From Neovahlkampfia damariscottae (taxonomy: Eukaryota), in the NCBI GenBank assembly GCA_016618085.1, contig JABLTG010000040.1, positions 1-64,000 of the forward strand: a stretch of 64,000 nucleotides of DNA. The letters run 5' to 3'. The number at the start of each line of letters is the position of its first letter. Within the stretch, counting starts at the first letter, position 1. Of the stretch, positions 46,055-58,700 are shown piece after piece. The translations under genes and the position numbers were made by a program. The notes under the pieces were generated by a model. It was not told where the DNA came from and made no database searches. It was given only the letters and a program-made list of their open reading frames with translations.

Positions 46055-47413
46055 TTATTCTTTTTCAACTGATTCAACAAGTAACTTACCATATACTTTT
46101 AATCCTTCAAAGATTTCTTTTCCAATTGGTACAATTTCACTTGCAGGCATTGTGAATGATGTTCCTAATTCAGGTGTATATGAAAATACTTTATGTTCAC
46201 CATAAAAATAATCAACTGACACTCCTGATCCCATATAAAGAATTGAAGAAAATCTTCCACTTCTGTATCTTTTTCCACGAACTTTTCCAATTGCTTCTGA
46301 AGCTGCGTCTCCAATTTTTTTCATTGCAGGTTCATCTTCTGGAATATTTCTTGTCCATCCGTATGGTCTCATAAAAAGTTGTCCATAACAATGCCAATCT
46401 ATTTTTTTATCAATTTAAAATTAATTTACCAACGTAGCCTTTTAATCTTGGCAATAAACTTTTACCATAGTTTGCAATACTTTCAGTGCATTTTTCTGAC
46501 CATGCCTTTGAACCATGAAATGTTTGAGAGCAAGGACTTGAACTACTTCCACCTGAATTCCATTTGAAACCAAAATTTCTATTTGGATCAGTTCCAATAC
46601 ATGTTGAACCAGGATTTGGTCTTCTTGTTTTACGCCATAATCTTGAATTTGTATGAGTATATTTGTATCCATCAACATTTAAAACTGGGAAGAAATGCCA
46701 TTCAATATTATCAACTAACCATTTAATACTTGGATCTGTTTCATATTTTGTAATCAATTCATTTGCCATATACATTACAGTTGAAGGAGCAATCCACTAA
46801 AAAAATGTTATCAAAAAAAAAAAAGTCAATGAATACTTCACGAGCATGAATAGCCCCACTAAAGAATGTGAACAAATATTTTTTTTTACTGATGGAGAGT
46901 AATTGGTTTGTTCTTTTTACCTCTAATTCTAATTCCTAAAATATCTCTTCCTTCATAAGTTTTTCCAGCGGAAATCAATTTAACAAGTTTTGAATTTTCA
47001 GCGTGTTTTTTAAGCCATTCATTAATTTCTTCAATTGTTCTGAAATTTTTAAAGAATTCATTATGTGTGTTTTTGTTTAAAGGATCATAAATTATTCTAT
47101 TTTTCATTTCATGTTCTTCACGGTCAATTAAGTCTTGCACGTCTTTTACAATTGTTCTATATTTGATGTTATACTTTTTAAAAAGTGCTTTATCAACAAT
47201 TTTTAATGAGTTTTTTGGAATTCTGACATCAATTTGTGAAAAACCTTGTTGTTCTGACCAAAGGTCAACGTGTTGTTGTTCTTCTAATTTTTGAAGCTCA
47301 TTAATTTGGAGTTGAGTAGTAAGATTGAATCGGAGTACTTGATCACCTCTGTAACTTTCTTTAGAAAGAGCAGTTGCAAGAATCACGATAACAAGAGCAA
47401 ATAATAACTTCAT
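46055..47413 (-). CDS. Zinc carboxypeptidase M14A with propeptide (copy 1)
   Basis: Signal peptide, HARE-WI, PVLNVDGY, LWRKTR, GTDPNRNF, DWHCYGQ, YTPELG. Confidence 0.9.
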
Positions 47414-47478
47414 TGGTGGAATAATTTAATCCAATCAACAATCAAAGATTTATTGTCATGAAAAATTTATTCAGCACA

Positions 47479-48897
47479 TCATTGGTCAAGAGATTCCAAA
47501 AGTAATCTCCCATATATTTCTAATCCTTGAAATACTTCAGTACCTGATGAAAAATGAATAGAAATAAGGAATTTACCAATTGGAATGATTTCATTTGAAG
47601 GCATTGTGAATGAAGTTCCGAGTTCTGGAGTGAAAGATAAAACTTTCAAGTGGGTATAAAAATAATCTATTGAAACTCCAGAAGCACCATAAAGAATAGA
47701 TGCAAATCTTCCGCTTCTGTATATTTTTCCCCTTACCCTTCCAATTGCATGGGCAGCAGCATCTCCAATTTTTTCTAATACACCTTCATCTGCAGGAGGA
47801 TCTTTTGTCCATCCAAATGGTCTCATAAAAAGTTGACCATAACAATGCCAATCTTTCAAAAGTTAAAAGAAACAATAGTTACCAATATATCCTTTTAATC
47901 TTGGCATTAAACTTTTTCCATAATTTGCAATGTTTTCAGAGCATTTTTCTGACCAAGGTTTTGAACCATGAAATGCGAATGAGCAAGGATCTGCAGAACT
48001 TCCCCCTGAACTCCATTTGATATCAAAATTTCTATTTGGATCCTTTGAAGAAATAAATGATTTTTCTCTTACTGTTCCAACACAAGAAGAACCTGGATTT
48101 GGTCTTCTTGTTTTTCGCCATAACCTTTCGTTTGTATGAGTATATTTGTATCCATCAACATTTAAAACTGGGAAGAAATGCCATTCAATATTATCAACTA
48201 AATATTTGATTGAAGAATCTGTCTCATATTTTGTGATTAATTCATTTGCCATGTACATTACAGTTGAAGCCGAAATCCACTTGAAAAATAATTAAAACTT
48301 CATTTTTTGATTCCTACTTCGCGGGCATGTAATGCACCACTTTGGAGATAATTAAAAATAAGTATTTTTTTACTGATGAAGTGTTGCTGGATTTCCTTCT
48401 TTTGAAGTAATTTTGATTCCTAAAATTTCTCTTCCTTCATAAGTTTTACCTGCAGAAATCAAAGTGACAAGTTTTGAGTTAGTTGCATGTTTTTTTAGCC
48501 AAGCATGAATTTCCTCAATAGTTCTAAAATTTTTAAAAAATTCTTGTTGTGATTTTTCATTTGAAGGATCATAAATTATTCTATTTTTCATTTCATGTTC
48601 TTCACGGTCAATTAAGTCTTGAACATCTTTCACAATTGTTGTATATTTGACATTGTACTTCTTTAAAAATTGTAACTTTACAATATCAATTGATTTCATA
48701 GGAATTCTTGCATCAATTTGTGAAAGACCTTGTTGTTCTGACCAAATATCAAAGTGTTGTTTTTCTTCCAACTTGTGAAAGTGTTGTTTTTGTGATTCAG
48801 TTGTCAAGTTGAAGCGAATCACTTGGTCTCCTCTATAACTTTTCTTGGAGCATGCAATAGTAACCAAAACAATAAAAAAAGCAAAGAACAGTTTCAT
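47479..48897 (-). CDS. Zinc carboxypeptidase M14A with propeptide (copy 2, tandem paralog)
   Basis: Same motifs as copy 1, with two additional introns. Confidence 0.9.
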
Positions 48898-49061
48898 TGG
48901 CAGCCAGTTTTAATTTTCATTGGTTGTATGACACTAATTGAAAGAATCTCAATTTTTAGAAGCTTCTATCGAAAGTAGTTGGCCTTTTTTGGATGCACAT
49001 TTTTCTGTGGCAAAACCACCAAACAACAAAGAAAACAACTCAAATCGAACAAAAATATGAG

Positions 49062-49132
49062 TTCTCCTGCCAGGATTCGAACCTGGATCAATGGATTCAA
49101 AGTCCACTATACTACCCTTATACTACAGAAGA
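49062..49132 (-). tRNA. tRNA-Gln(UUG)
   Basis: Acceptor TCTTCTG/CAGGAGA, anticodon arm GTGGA-CTTTGAA-TCCAT, T-arm CCAGG-TTCGAAT-CCTGG, downstream T-run terminator. Confidence 0.92.
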
Positions 49133-49307
49133 TGTTTCTTGATGAAGTTTATCAAAGTGAGGATACTATTAATTAAATATAGAAATGTGACTTGATTGTC
49201 TTCACTTTTCCTTTGAAAGGCCGCTGTATGAAATATACTTTTTTATTTTTCCATTTTTTGGACTACTTTGGTGATTTGCTGTCAGTTTTTCATTGGTCAG
49301 AAAAAGG

Positions 49308-50871
49308 ATGGTGTGGTTGTTGAAGAATGAAAAAGATTCAATCATTTTATTTCCTTCAAAAACATATGTGTTCGGAAGGAAAGGTAAGAACTTCTGAATT
49401 AGTCTCACAAAAAGAACCTGCGAATCTGATAATCGAAAACGACAAAAGTATTTCCAGAGAACATGCTTCAATTTCAATATCTGAATCGTCTGAAGAAGGT
49501 GTTTCAAATCCTTCAATGAAATCTGTAGCTGAACTCAAAGATTTATCAAAATATGGAACATTTTTGAACGACAAAAAAATAACTCCAAACATCCAAATGA
49601 AACATGGAGACAAAATTAAATTTGGCGTGTATGATAGTATTTATCAGTAAAATATTATATTTTGATTAAAAAAAACAAGCGTTGAATGGATTCCTTTGAA
49701 TTTTTCAGTTTTTGCTGAAGAACAAAAAAGTTTGATGGAAAAAATAAAACAAATTGGTAATTTAAAAAAAAAAATTAATAAAAAAAATTAGATGGTAGAA
49801 TATCAGATCAATATAATAATGAAATTACTGTTTTTTTGACAGACAAACAAGAAATTACTGAAACACCAGAAAATTTACTTCTCTCATTGATACACTCAAA
49901 ACCGATAATTACCTCAAAATATATTGATGATATACTATCAAAAAAATTAGTTAAAGAATTACCAGATCCAAAACAGTACCCAAGCCCAAATTTTGAAAAA
50001 TTAAAAAGTTCTTTGTCTCCAAATGCAGAAAGAGAAAATATATTCAAAGAAAAATTTTTTTTATTTTTTGATGAGAAGGTTTTTTTTTATTAATTCATCA
50101 CTAATTTTTTTGTAGATAAAAAAATTTGAAAAAATAATTTGTGAAGCTGGAGGAAAAGTTTTGAACGGAGAAAATGAAACTATTGATGAAATCTTTTTTG
50201 AAACACACAAAAATCATATTCTTATTGAAACTACTGGAAATAAAAAAGAACAACTTTTAGAGTTTGGTTTTGAAATGATAAATGAAATAGAAATTGTAAA
50301 TTTAATAATAACAACAGATACAAAATTATATTGTAATCCAAAAGAGCCAAGAAAACTATTGAAAAGAAAAAAATCATCAGAAAAACAAACACTAAAAAAA
50401 AAACAAAAAATAGTTGAATCAGAGCCTGCAGTTGAAATTCAAAAACCAAAATTACCACCTCCATTGAAAAGAATTAAAACTGAAGAAGATTCTTCATCAG
50501 AAGAAGAAAATTCAAAATTAGAAGATGAAGAACTTCCTACAATTAGTGTTGAATATATGGAAACCACAATGATAGAAGAAGAAGTACCAGAAGAAGAATT
50601 AAATGATAGTTATAATAATACAACACCTACAAGGAAGTGTAAATATAATGCAAAAAAATTTGTTAAAGCTCTTCCTCATTTTAAAGCAAAAATGAAATTA
50701 GAACCAAAAGATGAAGAAAAGAGTAAAGAATCAAATGAAGATTTTTCAATACAATTTGATTCTGATATGTTAACTTTTTATCCAGAAGATTCCAAAATAT
50801 TTGAAGATGAACAAGAAGCAGAAGAAGTTGATTTTGATTTTAAAGAAAATATAAAAAATAAAAGAAAATAA
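49308..50871 (+). CDS. NBS1: Nibrin/Nbs1 (FHA-BRCT, MRN complex)
   Basis: MVWLL...YVFGRK, DKSISREHA, DLSKYGTFLN, DKIKFG; LLSLIHSKPIIT; Mre11-binding-like NAKKFVK; acidic C-terminal FDF motif. Confidence 0.75.
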
Positions 50872-50877
50872 ATATTT

Positions 50878-51975
50878 TTATGACATGTAAATATATTCAT
50901 GATCTTCTGCATTATTTGCTTTTTCAGCCCATCTACATTGATAAACAGCTTGTTCAAAAGCATCTTTAATTCCAACGTGTGATAAATCTTGACGAAAATC
51001 TTTCAAATATTCTTTTGTAGCTTCTGTAGCTTTTACTAAATGATAATGAGGAACTTTAGAAAAGAAAATATGATGAATAACATGTGTTCCAATATCATGA
51101 TGTAAATGTTCAATTAACCATCCATAATTTCTGTCATAAGTTGTTTCAGCACCTTTTAAGAAAGTCCATTCAGATTTATCATAATATTTTCCAGAAGGTG
51201 CTGTATGATGTAACATAGTAACTAAAAATAACCAATATCCAAAAAATACAACAGGAATAATATAAGCATCAATAACTGTGAGTAAAGGAAATTTATAAAA
51301 TAAAAATCCGAGCCAAGTGCACATCCAAATCATTGTTTGAAATCCTTGATAGAATTCTTTGTCATTTTTATACACACTTTTATTCCATGGATTTGTATGT
51401 GAAGGTACATAAAATAACATGTACAAAGGAGCTGAAATTAATAAACCATAACCAAATCTTAAATATCTTTCTAAAGCATACATTTGATCATAATCTTCTT
51501 TTTTTGCTGGCATCCATGTTGGATCTTCTTGAAAATTATTATGTTTTGTATGATGAACATAATGGTCAAGTCTCCAAGCATGATATGGAACTAAAATTAA
51601 CTTTGATTTTAAAAGGAATAAATAATTTACAGTATGTGAGATGTGTCCAACTAAATCATTAATAAATTCATAATTTGAAAAATTTGTATGTCCACAATCA
51701 TGACCAACAACGAATAAGCACTGTGTGAAAAATTTAACTTTTCTTTTTTTTTTGCTTACCCACATGAAAAATCCTGTAACGTTCCACCAAATAAATTTAA
51801 GTATAATGTTGTTACAGTATGGATATGCCATATAACAGATAAATAAAAAAAATAAATCACGTAAAAAATAGAAAGTCGACCAAACTAAACTTTTTTCGAA
51901 ACATTCTTTTGGAATTCTTTTTTGTAATTCTGTTATAGAAATCTTTTCTTCTTTGCGTTTCTTCTCTGCTGTCAT
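50878..51975 (-). CDS. Membrane fatty acid desaturase (delta-12/omega-3 type)
   Basis: IPKECFEKS; His boxes GHDCGH, HYVHH, HVIHH; VTMLHHT; DRNYG. Confidence 0.92.
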   Translation of the reverse strand: MTAEKKRKEEKISITELQKRIPKECFEKSLVWSTFYFLRDLFFLFICYMAYPYCNNIILKFIWWNVTGFFMWVSKKKRKVKFFTQCLFVVGHDCGHTNFSNYEFINDLVGHISHTVNYLFLLKSKLILVPYHAWRLDHYVHHTKHNNFQEDPTWMPAKKEDYDQMYALERYLRFGYGLLISAPLYMLFYVPSHTNPWNKSVYKNDKEFYQGFQTMIWMCTWLGFLFYKFPLLTVIDAYIIPVVFFGYWLFLVTMLHHTAPSGKYYDKSEWTFLKGAETTYDRNYGWLIEHLHHDIGTHVIHHIFFSKVPHYHLVKATEATKEYLKDFRQDLSHVGIKDAFEQAVYQCRWAEKANNAEDHEYIYMS

Positions 51976-52837
51976 TCTCACAAGGCTGATTCGAAAACAA
52001 ATTGGATTGGTTAAAATAATTCTCCTTTATCCAATTAGGTTTCCTATTTTTTCATGAAAAAATTCAAGTTACATGTTCAATCATTTTCGTTCATTAACAG
52101 AAAATCAATTGGACAAAACTCGTCGGTTTCTGAAGGAATGGCTTATTTCAATCGTATTTCCAAACTAAAGTTGAAGACACTTTAAAAAAAATAGGAAAAT
52201 TGAGGAGTCAACAGAAAAAAAGAAGAATTTGAAGAAGAAGTAGAAAGGAAAAGAATTTTTAAATGGAATACCCATATTGATAAAAATATTTGGGAAGACA
52301 AAGATAAAACAAATTATACAAATGAATTATTAAATCAAAAAGAAATTAATTTCTCTGATGTAAAAAAAATTAACAAGTTTTCTGGATCAACCAAAGGTTG
52401 CTCATCAAACTATGCGTTGATCCATCTTGTTTTTTTTTGAAAATACATAAATGATTGGCTTTGAGAAAATCCTTTGTTTTGAATTTTGCATTGGCGTTTT
52501 AATTTTCCACCAATGACTTCAATTTGAATAAACTATTGTTTTGAGAAAATCAGTTTTACCATTTTACCAATTATTTATCTCATTACTTTTTATTATTATT
52601 TAATTGGTAAAGTGGAGTTATTGAATTGTTCAAGGCATATAGAACTTCATTTCATGGAAATTGGGAAGAACATTTAAATTATTGTTCAAAATTGTCAATT
52701 CAAAGTATTTTAAGCTGGAGGAATCAACAATTTAAAACAAAAAATGTTTCAAAATTTTTCCATTGAATTTAAGGAATTTTCCACTAAATTTCGAACGTTC
52801 ATAGATCGAGCCAATCACAAACAAAACAACAAAAAAA

Positions 52838-54883
52838 ATGTTGCACAAAGAAAAAGGAAACGAAGAATTCAAAAACAATAACTTCGAAAAAGCTTTACAC
52901 TATTATTCTTTAGCAATCAAAGAAGACCCTAAAAATGAAATATTCCATAACAACAGAGCATTGACTCATATTAAATTAGAAAAATATGAACAAGCAATAA
53001 TCGATTGTAATTCAGCAATTAAACTCAAAAAAAATTTTGTTAAAGCACACTTCAACAAAGGAATAGCTTTAGAGCGCTTGAATCAAATCGATAAAGCCAA
53101 AATATCTTTCGAAGTTGCTCTTAGTATTGATCCAAAGAACCAAATGATAAAAGAAAAATTAAACACGGAGAAATTTTTGGAAAAGAAAATGAAAAAATCT
53201 CATTTAAAAACAGGAGATGAATTGAATGCACTTATGAAATTCCTTCCAAAAAATTCATATTATGATATTCCAAATTATTTCAAAGAATATAAAAAAAGTA
53301 ATCCATTCAAAACTAATTTGGAATTTATTGAAACTGCGTATTCATTCAGAAATTCTAATGCTTTTCATGAATATTCAATAGAAAGATTTAATATGGATCC
53401 TGAATATTGTCTCAAAAGATTTGGGGAAATATCTCCTGCTGTAGGAAATTTTTTGAAATCTGCTTCGCCAGGATCTATTAGACAACGTGAACATTTGGTA
53501 TTACAAAAAAATATGAGATACAATTTCTCAAATAGTAGAAAAGAAAGAATTGTTTTAACACCTGGAAAAACAATAGTTTCTATTGGATTCGTTGATTTAA
53601 GCCTCTTTTTAAATTTTAATATGCAATATGAATTAAATATTCCGGTGAAATTTGTTGGATATGATGGATCACTTTTCTCAGTTGTGAAAACTAAAATATT
53701 AATTCAAATGATAGATATGAAATGTAGTGAAGAAAGCATAGTTCATGTTTGGTTTTCTTCCGGGTGGTCATTGGAAACAAAGAAGTCTTTTGACACAGCA
53801 ATTGGAAATCTTTTAAAGAGAAGTGACCTTCCAAATGACCAAAAAGATTTATTATTGAAGTGGAAGAAGGAAACATACACGAGAAAAGAATCTCAACAAT
53901 TATGGAAGGATCATCATTCTCCAAGTGGGATTCTTTGTGATGGTGTTCATAATTTAATTCAACAGAAAGATAGAGTGGATTATTGTGAATACTGGGCAAC
54001 AGGTGAAATTTTGAAAGAAAATATTAAAATTGGAAGTACAATCATGTTTTCAAAATATCCACTTGGATCTGATACCGCAAGAGAAGAATCTGTTTTTGGA
54101 TTAATAGAATTATTACAATTAAAATTTGAAAACAACACAACATTCCTCAGAGCAGTTGAAAATCACTTAGTCTCAAGTGTCAAAAATTTGAAGAGCATGA
54201 TTTCATCAAATAAATTGCAATTGGAAGTCCATATGGGATTTATTGACATTAATAATGCTCAATTGATGAAAGAAATCAAGAACTTAAATCCATACACAAT
54301 GACTTGGAGCAATGTCCCAGATTATCTTAATCCAAGAGATTTCTTCACAATTGCTAAGAAATGTTCTTCTCGTGAAACAATTCATCTTTTTTGGAGCATG
54401 AATTGGATACAACTGATGTATGGTGTCAATATCAATGACTATCCTCCAAAGATGAGAAATGAAATGTTGAAGTTATCAAAAGATTCTATATCAAAGCAAA
54501 ACATATTACCAAAATTTTTGAGATCAGCTGTTATTTCTCATCCAGTAAACTTAGGAAATCAACTTGTGGCATTTCAGTTTTATAAAGACTATTTGAAGAA
54601 TTTTTATTCAAAATCACCAGATGAAGTACATGTTCATGAACAAACTTATCCGATATATAATCCATTTGCTCACACCCCAACTGAAATTTATTCAGCATTT
54701 TCTTTTGACGAACAAAATGTGGTTTCTGAAGATCCAGAGACTCATTCTTGCTCATATTGTCGGAAAGAATCAAAAAAATTGAAAAAATGCACAAGATGTA
54801 AATATGTCTCTTATTGCTCAATTGAATGCCAAAAAAAACATTGGGATTCCCATAAATCACTGTGCAAAATGATCTCTCAATGA
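52838..54883 (+). CDS. TPR-repeat protein with C-terminal MYND zinc finger
   Basis: KEKGNEEFK...YSLAI...NRALTHIKL (3 TPR); CSYC...CTRCKYVSYCSIECQKKHWDSHKSLC; intronless. Confidence 0.85.
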   Translation: MLHKEKGNEEFKNNNFEKALHYYSLAIKEDPKNEIFHNNRALTHIKLEKYEQAIIDCNSAIKLKKNFVKAHFNKGIALERLNQIDKAKISFEVALSIDPKNQMIKEKLNTEKFLEKKMKKSHLKTGDELNALMKFLPKNSYYDIPNYFKEYKKSNPFKTNLEFIETAYSFRNSNAFHEYSIERFNMDPEYCLKRFGEISPAVGNFLKSASPGSIRQREHLVLQKNMRYNFSNSRKERIVLTPGKTIVSIGFVDLSLFLNFNMQYELNIPVKFVGYDGSLFSVVKTKILIQMIDMKCSEESIVHVWFSSGWSLETKKSFDTAIGNLLKRSDLPNDQKDLLLKWKKETYTRKESQQLWKDHHSPSGILCDGVHNLIQQKDRVDYCEYWATGEILKENIKIGSTIMFSKYPLGSDTAREESVFGLIELLQLKFENNTTFLRAVENHLVSSVKNLKSMISSNKLQLEVHMGFIDINNAQLMKEIKNLNPYTMTWSNVPDYLNPRDFFTIAKKCSSRETIHLFWSMNWIQLMYGVNINDYPPKMRNEMLKLSKDSISKQNILPKFLRSAVISHPVNLGNQLVAFQFYKDYLKNFYSKSPDEVHVHEQTYPIYNPFAHTPTEIYSAFSFDEQNVVSEDPETHSCSYCRKESKKLKKCTRCKYVSYCSIECQKKHWDSHKSLCKMISQ

Positions 54884-54999
54884 AATTAAATTGAATAAAT
54901 ATTATTCGATTTCGTTTACTTTTCATATTCTTCTTTGTCAAGTTTCAAAAAATAAAATTAATTAAAATTTTAATTAATCTTAATTTTTTTTTTTTTGGA

Positions 55000-55351
55000 T
55001 TATTCAACATTCATCAACGCTTCTAATTTGTTCAAGGAAGTTAAGTCTTCATGTTTTTGATCTAAAAAAGGTTTTGCTGTGTTAACAGTTAAAACTCTTC
55101 CACCTAATTCACTGTGAATATTATTAACGTTGTTTTTTTTTTTACCAGTTGTGCATGTTATCAATTGCTTCTTCAGCATCTTGAATCAGTTCAAATTCAA
55201 TAATAGCAAATCCACGATTTTTTGTTGAGTTTGGTTCTAAAGGTAACTGTATCGATAATATTTCACCGAAAGTTAAAAAAAGTGAATGAAGTTGTTCTTG
55301 TTTTAATGTATCTTCAAATCCTCCGACATAAACAAATCTTTTTTGAGACAT
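55000..55351 (-). CDS. Small RRM protein similar to the cyclophilin E (Cyp33) RRM
   Basis: VYVGGF...LHSLFLTFGEI..IQLPL...NRGFAIIEFE...AEEAIDNMHN-ELGGRVLTVNTAKP; one intron. Confidence 0.75.
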
Positions 55352-55760
55352 TGTTGAATTGTTGTATCTTCTTATTGGCTAGTTTAATCTACAACAAAAA
55401 ATTGCTTCAAAGTGCAAGTTTCAAAAAAAAAAAACGACAACAACAATTGGAAGAACAAACATGTTTTATCGTTTTTAACAACTTCAAAGGACAACAGAAT
55501 AGTTGGTTTCATTTTTTGATGAATGTTCAAATTTTCGGAATCTCAAAAAACAAACAGAATGGAGTTTTATTGTATTAAATTTTGTATTTTTATTTAATTA
55601 TTTTTTCAATTCCGAACACTCCGCTGATTGGGTAACTATATCCCATAATTTTTGAAGTTTTTTTTTTAACCAACGAAAATGATTTATAGAACCGCCTTTT
55701 TAACCCTACTTTCTTTCCATTCGCGTATTTTTTTTACACAAAAAGTACAAAGAATAAAAA

Positions 55761-58700
55761 ATGACGACGACAACAAATACCTATACCTTTTCTCAGGCAG
55801 AGACAAAGAAGATAGGTAAAATACAATTTGGTATTTTGTCACCAGAAACTATAAAAAATATGTCGGTTGTAGAAATTATACATTCAGAACATACAGAAAG
55901 AGGAAAAGCAAAAATTGGAGGAGTTTTAGATCCACACATGGGTTCTATTGAACCTTCAGTTAGTTGCTCAACTTGTTCTGCAAATATGCTTGAATGTAGT
56001 GGTCACTTTGGTCATATAAATTTAGCTAAACCAATGTTTCACATTTCATTTTTAAACACAACTGTCAAAATTTTACAATGCGTTTGTTTATCATGTGGTG
56101 CTTTACTCACTGATAAAACATCACATTTATGGGAAGAATCACAAAGATTACCACCGAAAGCGAGACTTCGTGCTGTACACCAACTTTGTAGAGGAGAAGG
56201 TGAATGTAAAGTTGAAGAAAGTGTTGATCAAAACCAAAACCAAGAAGAAATTTCAGAAGAACAACCAACAAAAACTGGAGGGTTCGGAGGTTGTGGTGCT
56301 TTCAAACCATCAATTAAAAGAGAAAAATTAAAAATCTTTGCTGAACATAAACCAAATCAAATTTTACAAGACAATACAGAAAGAAAATATGAACTTACAG
56401 CTGAAAAAGTTTTGGCTATATTTAAAAAAATTAAGGACGAAGATATTTTGGCTATGGGATTTGATACGTTATACTCAAGACCAGAATGGATGGTTTTAAC
56501 TGTTTTGCCTGTACCACCACCATGTGTTCGTCCTTCAGTTGCTTTTGGTACTTCAGGCAGATCAGAAGATGATTTGACTTATAAAATTAGTGATATTATG
56601 AAAGCAAATAAAGCATTAGCGAATCAATCACTTAATGGTACAGCTGCTCATCAAATTTCTGATCAAATGGACCTTCTTCAATTTCATATTGCTACTTATG
56701 TTGATAATGAAATACCAGGACAAGCTAGAGCTGAACATTCTTCGGGTAGACCTATCAAAAGTATAAGACAACGTTTAAAAGGAAAAGATGGAAGAATTAG
56801 AGAAAATCTTATGGGTAAAAGAGTAGATTTCAGTGCAAGAACTGTAATTACACCAGATCCAAATCTTTCAATCGATCAAGTTGGAGTTCCAAGATCAGTT
56901 GCTCTTAATTTAACTTTTCCTGAAATTGTTACACCTTTTAACATTGATAAAATGCTTGAACTAATTAGAAATGGACCTAGAGAACATCCTGGAGCAAAGT
57001 ATGTCATTAAAGAAGATGGTGGAAGATTTAATCTTGGTATTGTTAAAAAACCAGAAGACATTCATTTAGAATTTGGACATATTGTTGAAAGACATATTCA
57101 AGATGGAGATGTTATTTTATTTAATCGTCAACCTTCATTACATAAAATGTCTATGATGGGTCATCATGTTAAAGTTATGCCTTATTCAACTTTTAGATTA
57201 AATTTATCTGTTACTTCACCATATAACGCTGATTTTGATGGTGATGAAATGAATTTACATGTTCCACAATCATTACAAACAAAATCCGAACTTTTAAATT
57301 TAATGATGGTTTCAAAGAATATTATTTCACCACAAGCTAATAAACCAGTTATTGGTATCGTACAAGATTCACTTTTGGCTTGTTCAAAAATGACAAGAAG
57401 AGATGTTTTCTTAAGTAGAGATTTAATGATGAACATTCTTATGTGGGTCAAAGAGTTTGATGGAAAGATTGTTACACCTGCTATTTTAAAACCAAAAGTT
57501 TTATGGACTGGAAAACAATTATTTTCAACTATTTTACCACTTGTCAATTTATCAAGATATTCAAGTGAATATGAAGATTATACAAGAAAAAAGAAAGGTG
57601 AAGGTTATGCTCCAGACTATGATGAAGATTTATGTCCATTTGATACAAAAGTAATCATTGATAGAGGTGTTGTTTTATCAGGTATTTGTGATACAAAAAC
57701 ACTTGGAAAAGCAGCTGGAGGTTTAATTCATGTAATTATGCATGAATGGGGTTCAGAGCAAGCTAAAAACTTTATTGATAGAATTCAACAAATTGTAAAC
57801 AATTGGTTAATTACAATCGGTTTTAGTGTTGGTATTGCTGATACAATTGCTGATGAAGATACAATGAAAAACATTGAAGAAACTATCAAACAAGCTCAAG
57901 ATAATGTTCAAACTGTTATTAAAGATGCACAAGAAGGAAAATTAAACGTAAAACCTGGTACAACATTTCTTGAATCATTTGAAATGGAAGTTAATTATCA
58001 TTTGAATAAAGCTCGTGATGATGCAGGTAGTAGAGCTCAAAAAAGTCTTGTTAGAAATAATATTAAATCTATGGTATTGGCTGGTTCAAAAGGTTCATAT
58101 ATTAACATTTCACAAATTATTGCTTGTGTTGGTCAACAAAATGTTGATGGAAAAAGAATTCCTTATGGTTTTAGAAATAGAACACTTCCTCATTTTACAC
58201 AAGATGATCATGGTCCTGAAAGTAGAGGATTTGTTGCAAATTCATATCTTAGAGGATTAACACCACAAGAATTTTTCTTCCATTCTATGGGAGGAAGAGA
58301 AGGTCTCATTGATACAGCTGTTAAAACATCTGAAACTGGATATATTCAAAGAAGATTAATGAAAGCCATGGAAGATGTTACAGTTAGATATGATGGAACA
58401 GTTAGAGATGGATCTGGAAATATTATTCAATTTCTTTATGGAGAAGATGGTATGGATTCAACATTTCTTGAATTTCAAACATTTAACACAATTAAAATGG
58501 GTGATGAAGAATTTGATAGAAGATATAAATATAAAATTAGTCAACATGGAGGTATGTTAAGTGGATTTGGAAAAGGATATTTACAACCTGAAATTATTGA
58601 AGATTTTAAAAAGAATCCAAAAAAATTATTAATTTTACAAGAAGAATATGATCAATTACAAGAAGATCGAAAATTTTTAAAACATTTTTCAAAAACTATT

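Noticed and set aside
48979..49176. 65-aa ORF
   Set aside because: Non-ATG start and antisense to tRNA-Gln; spurious.
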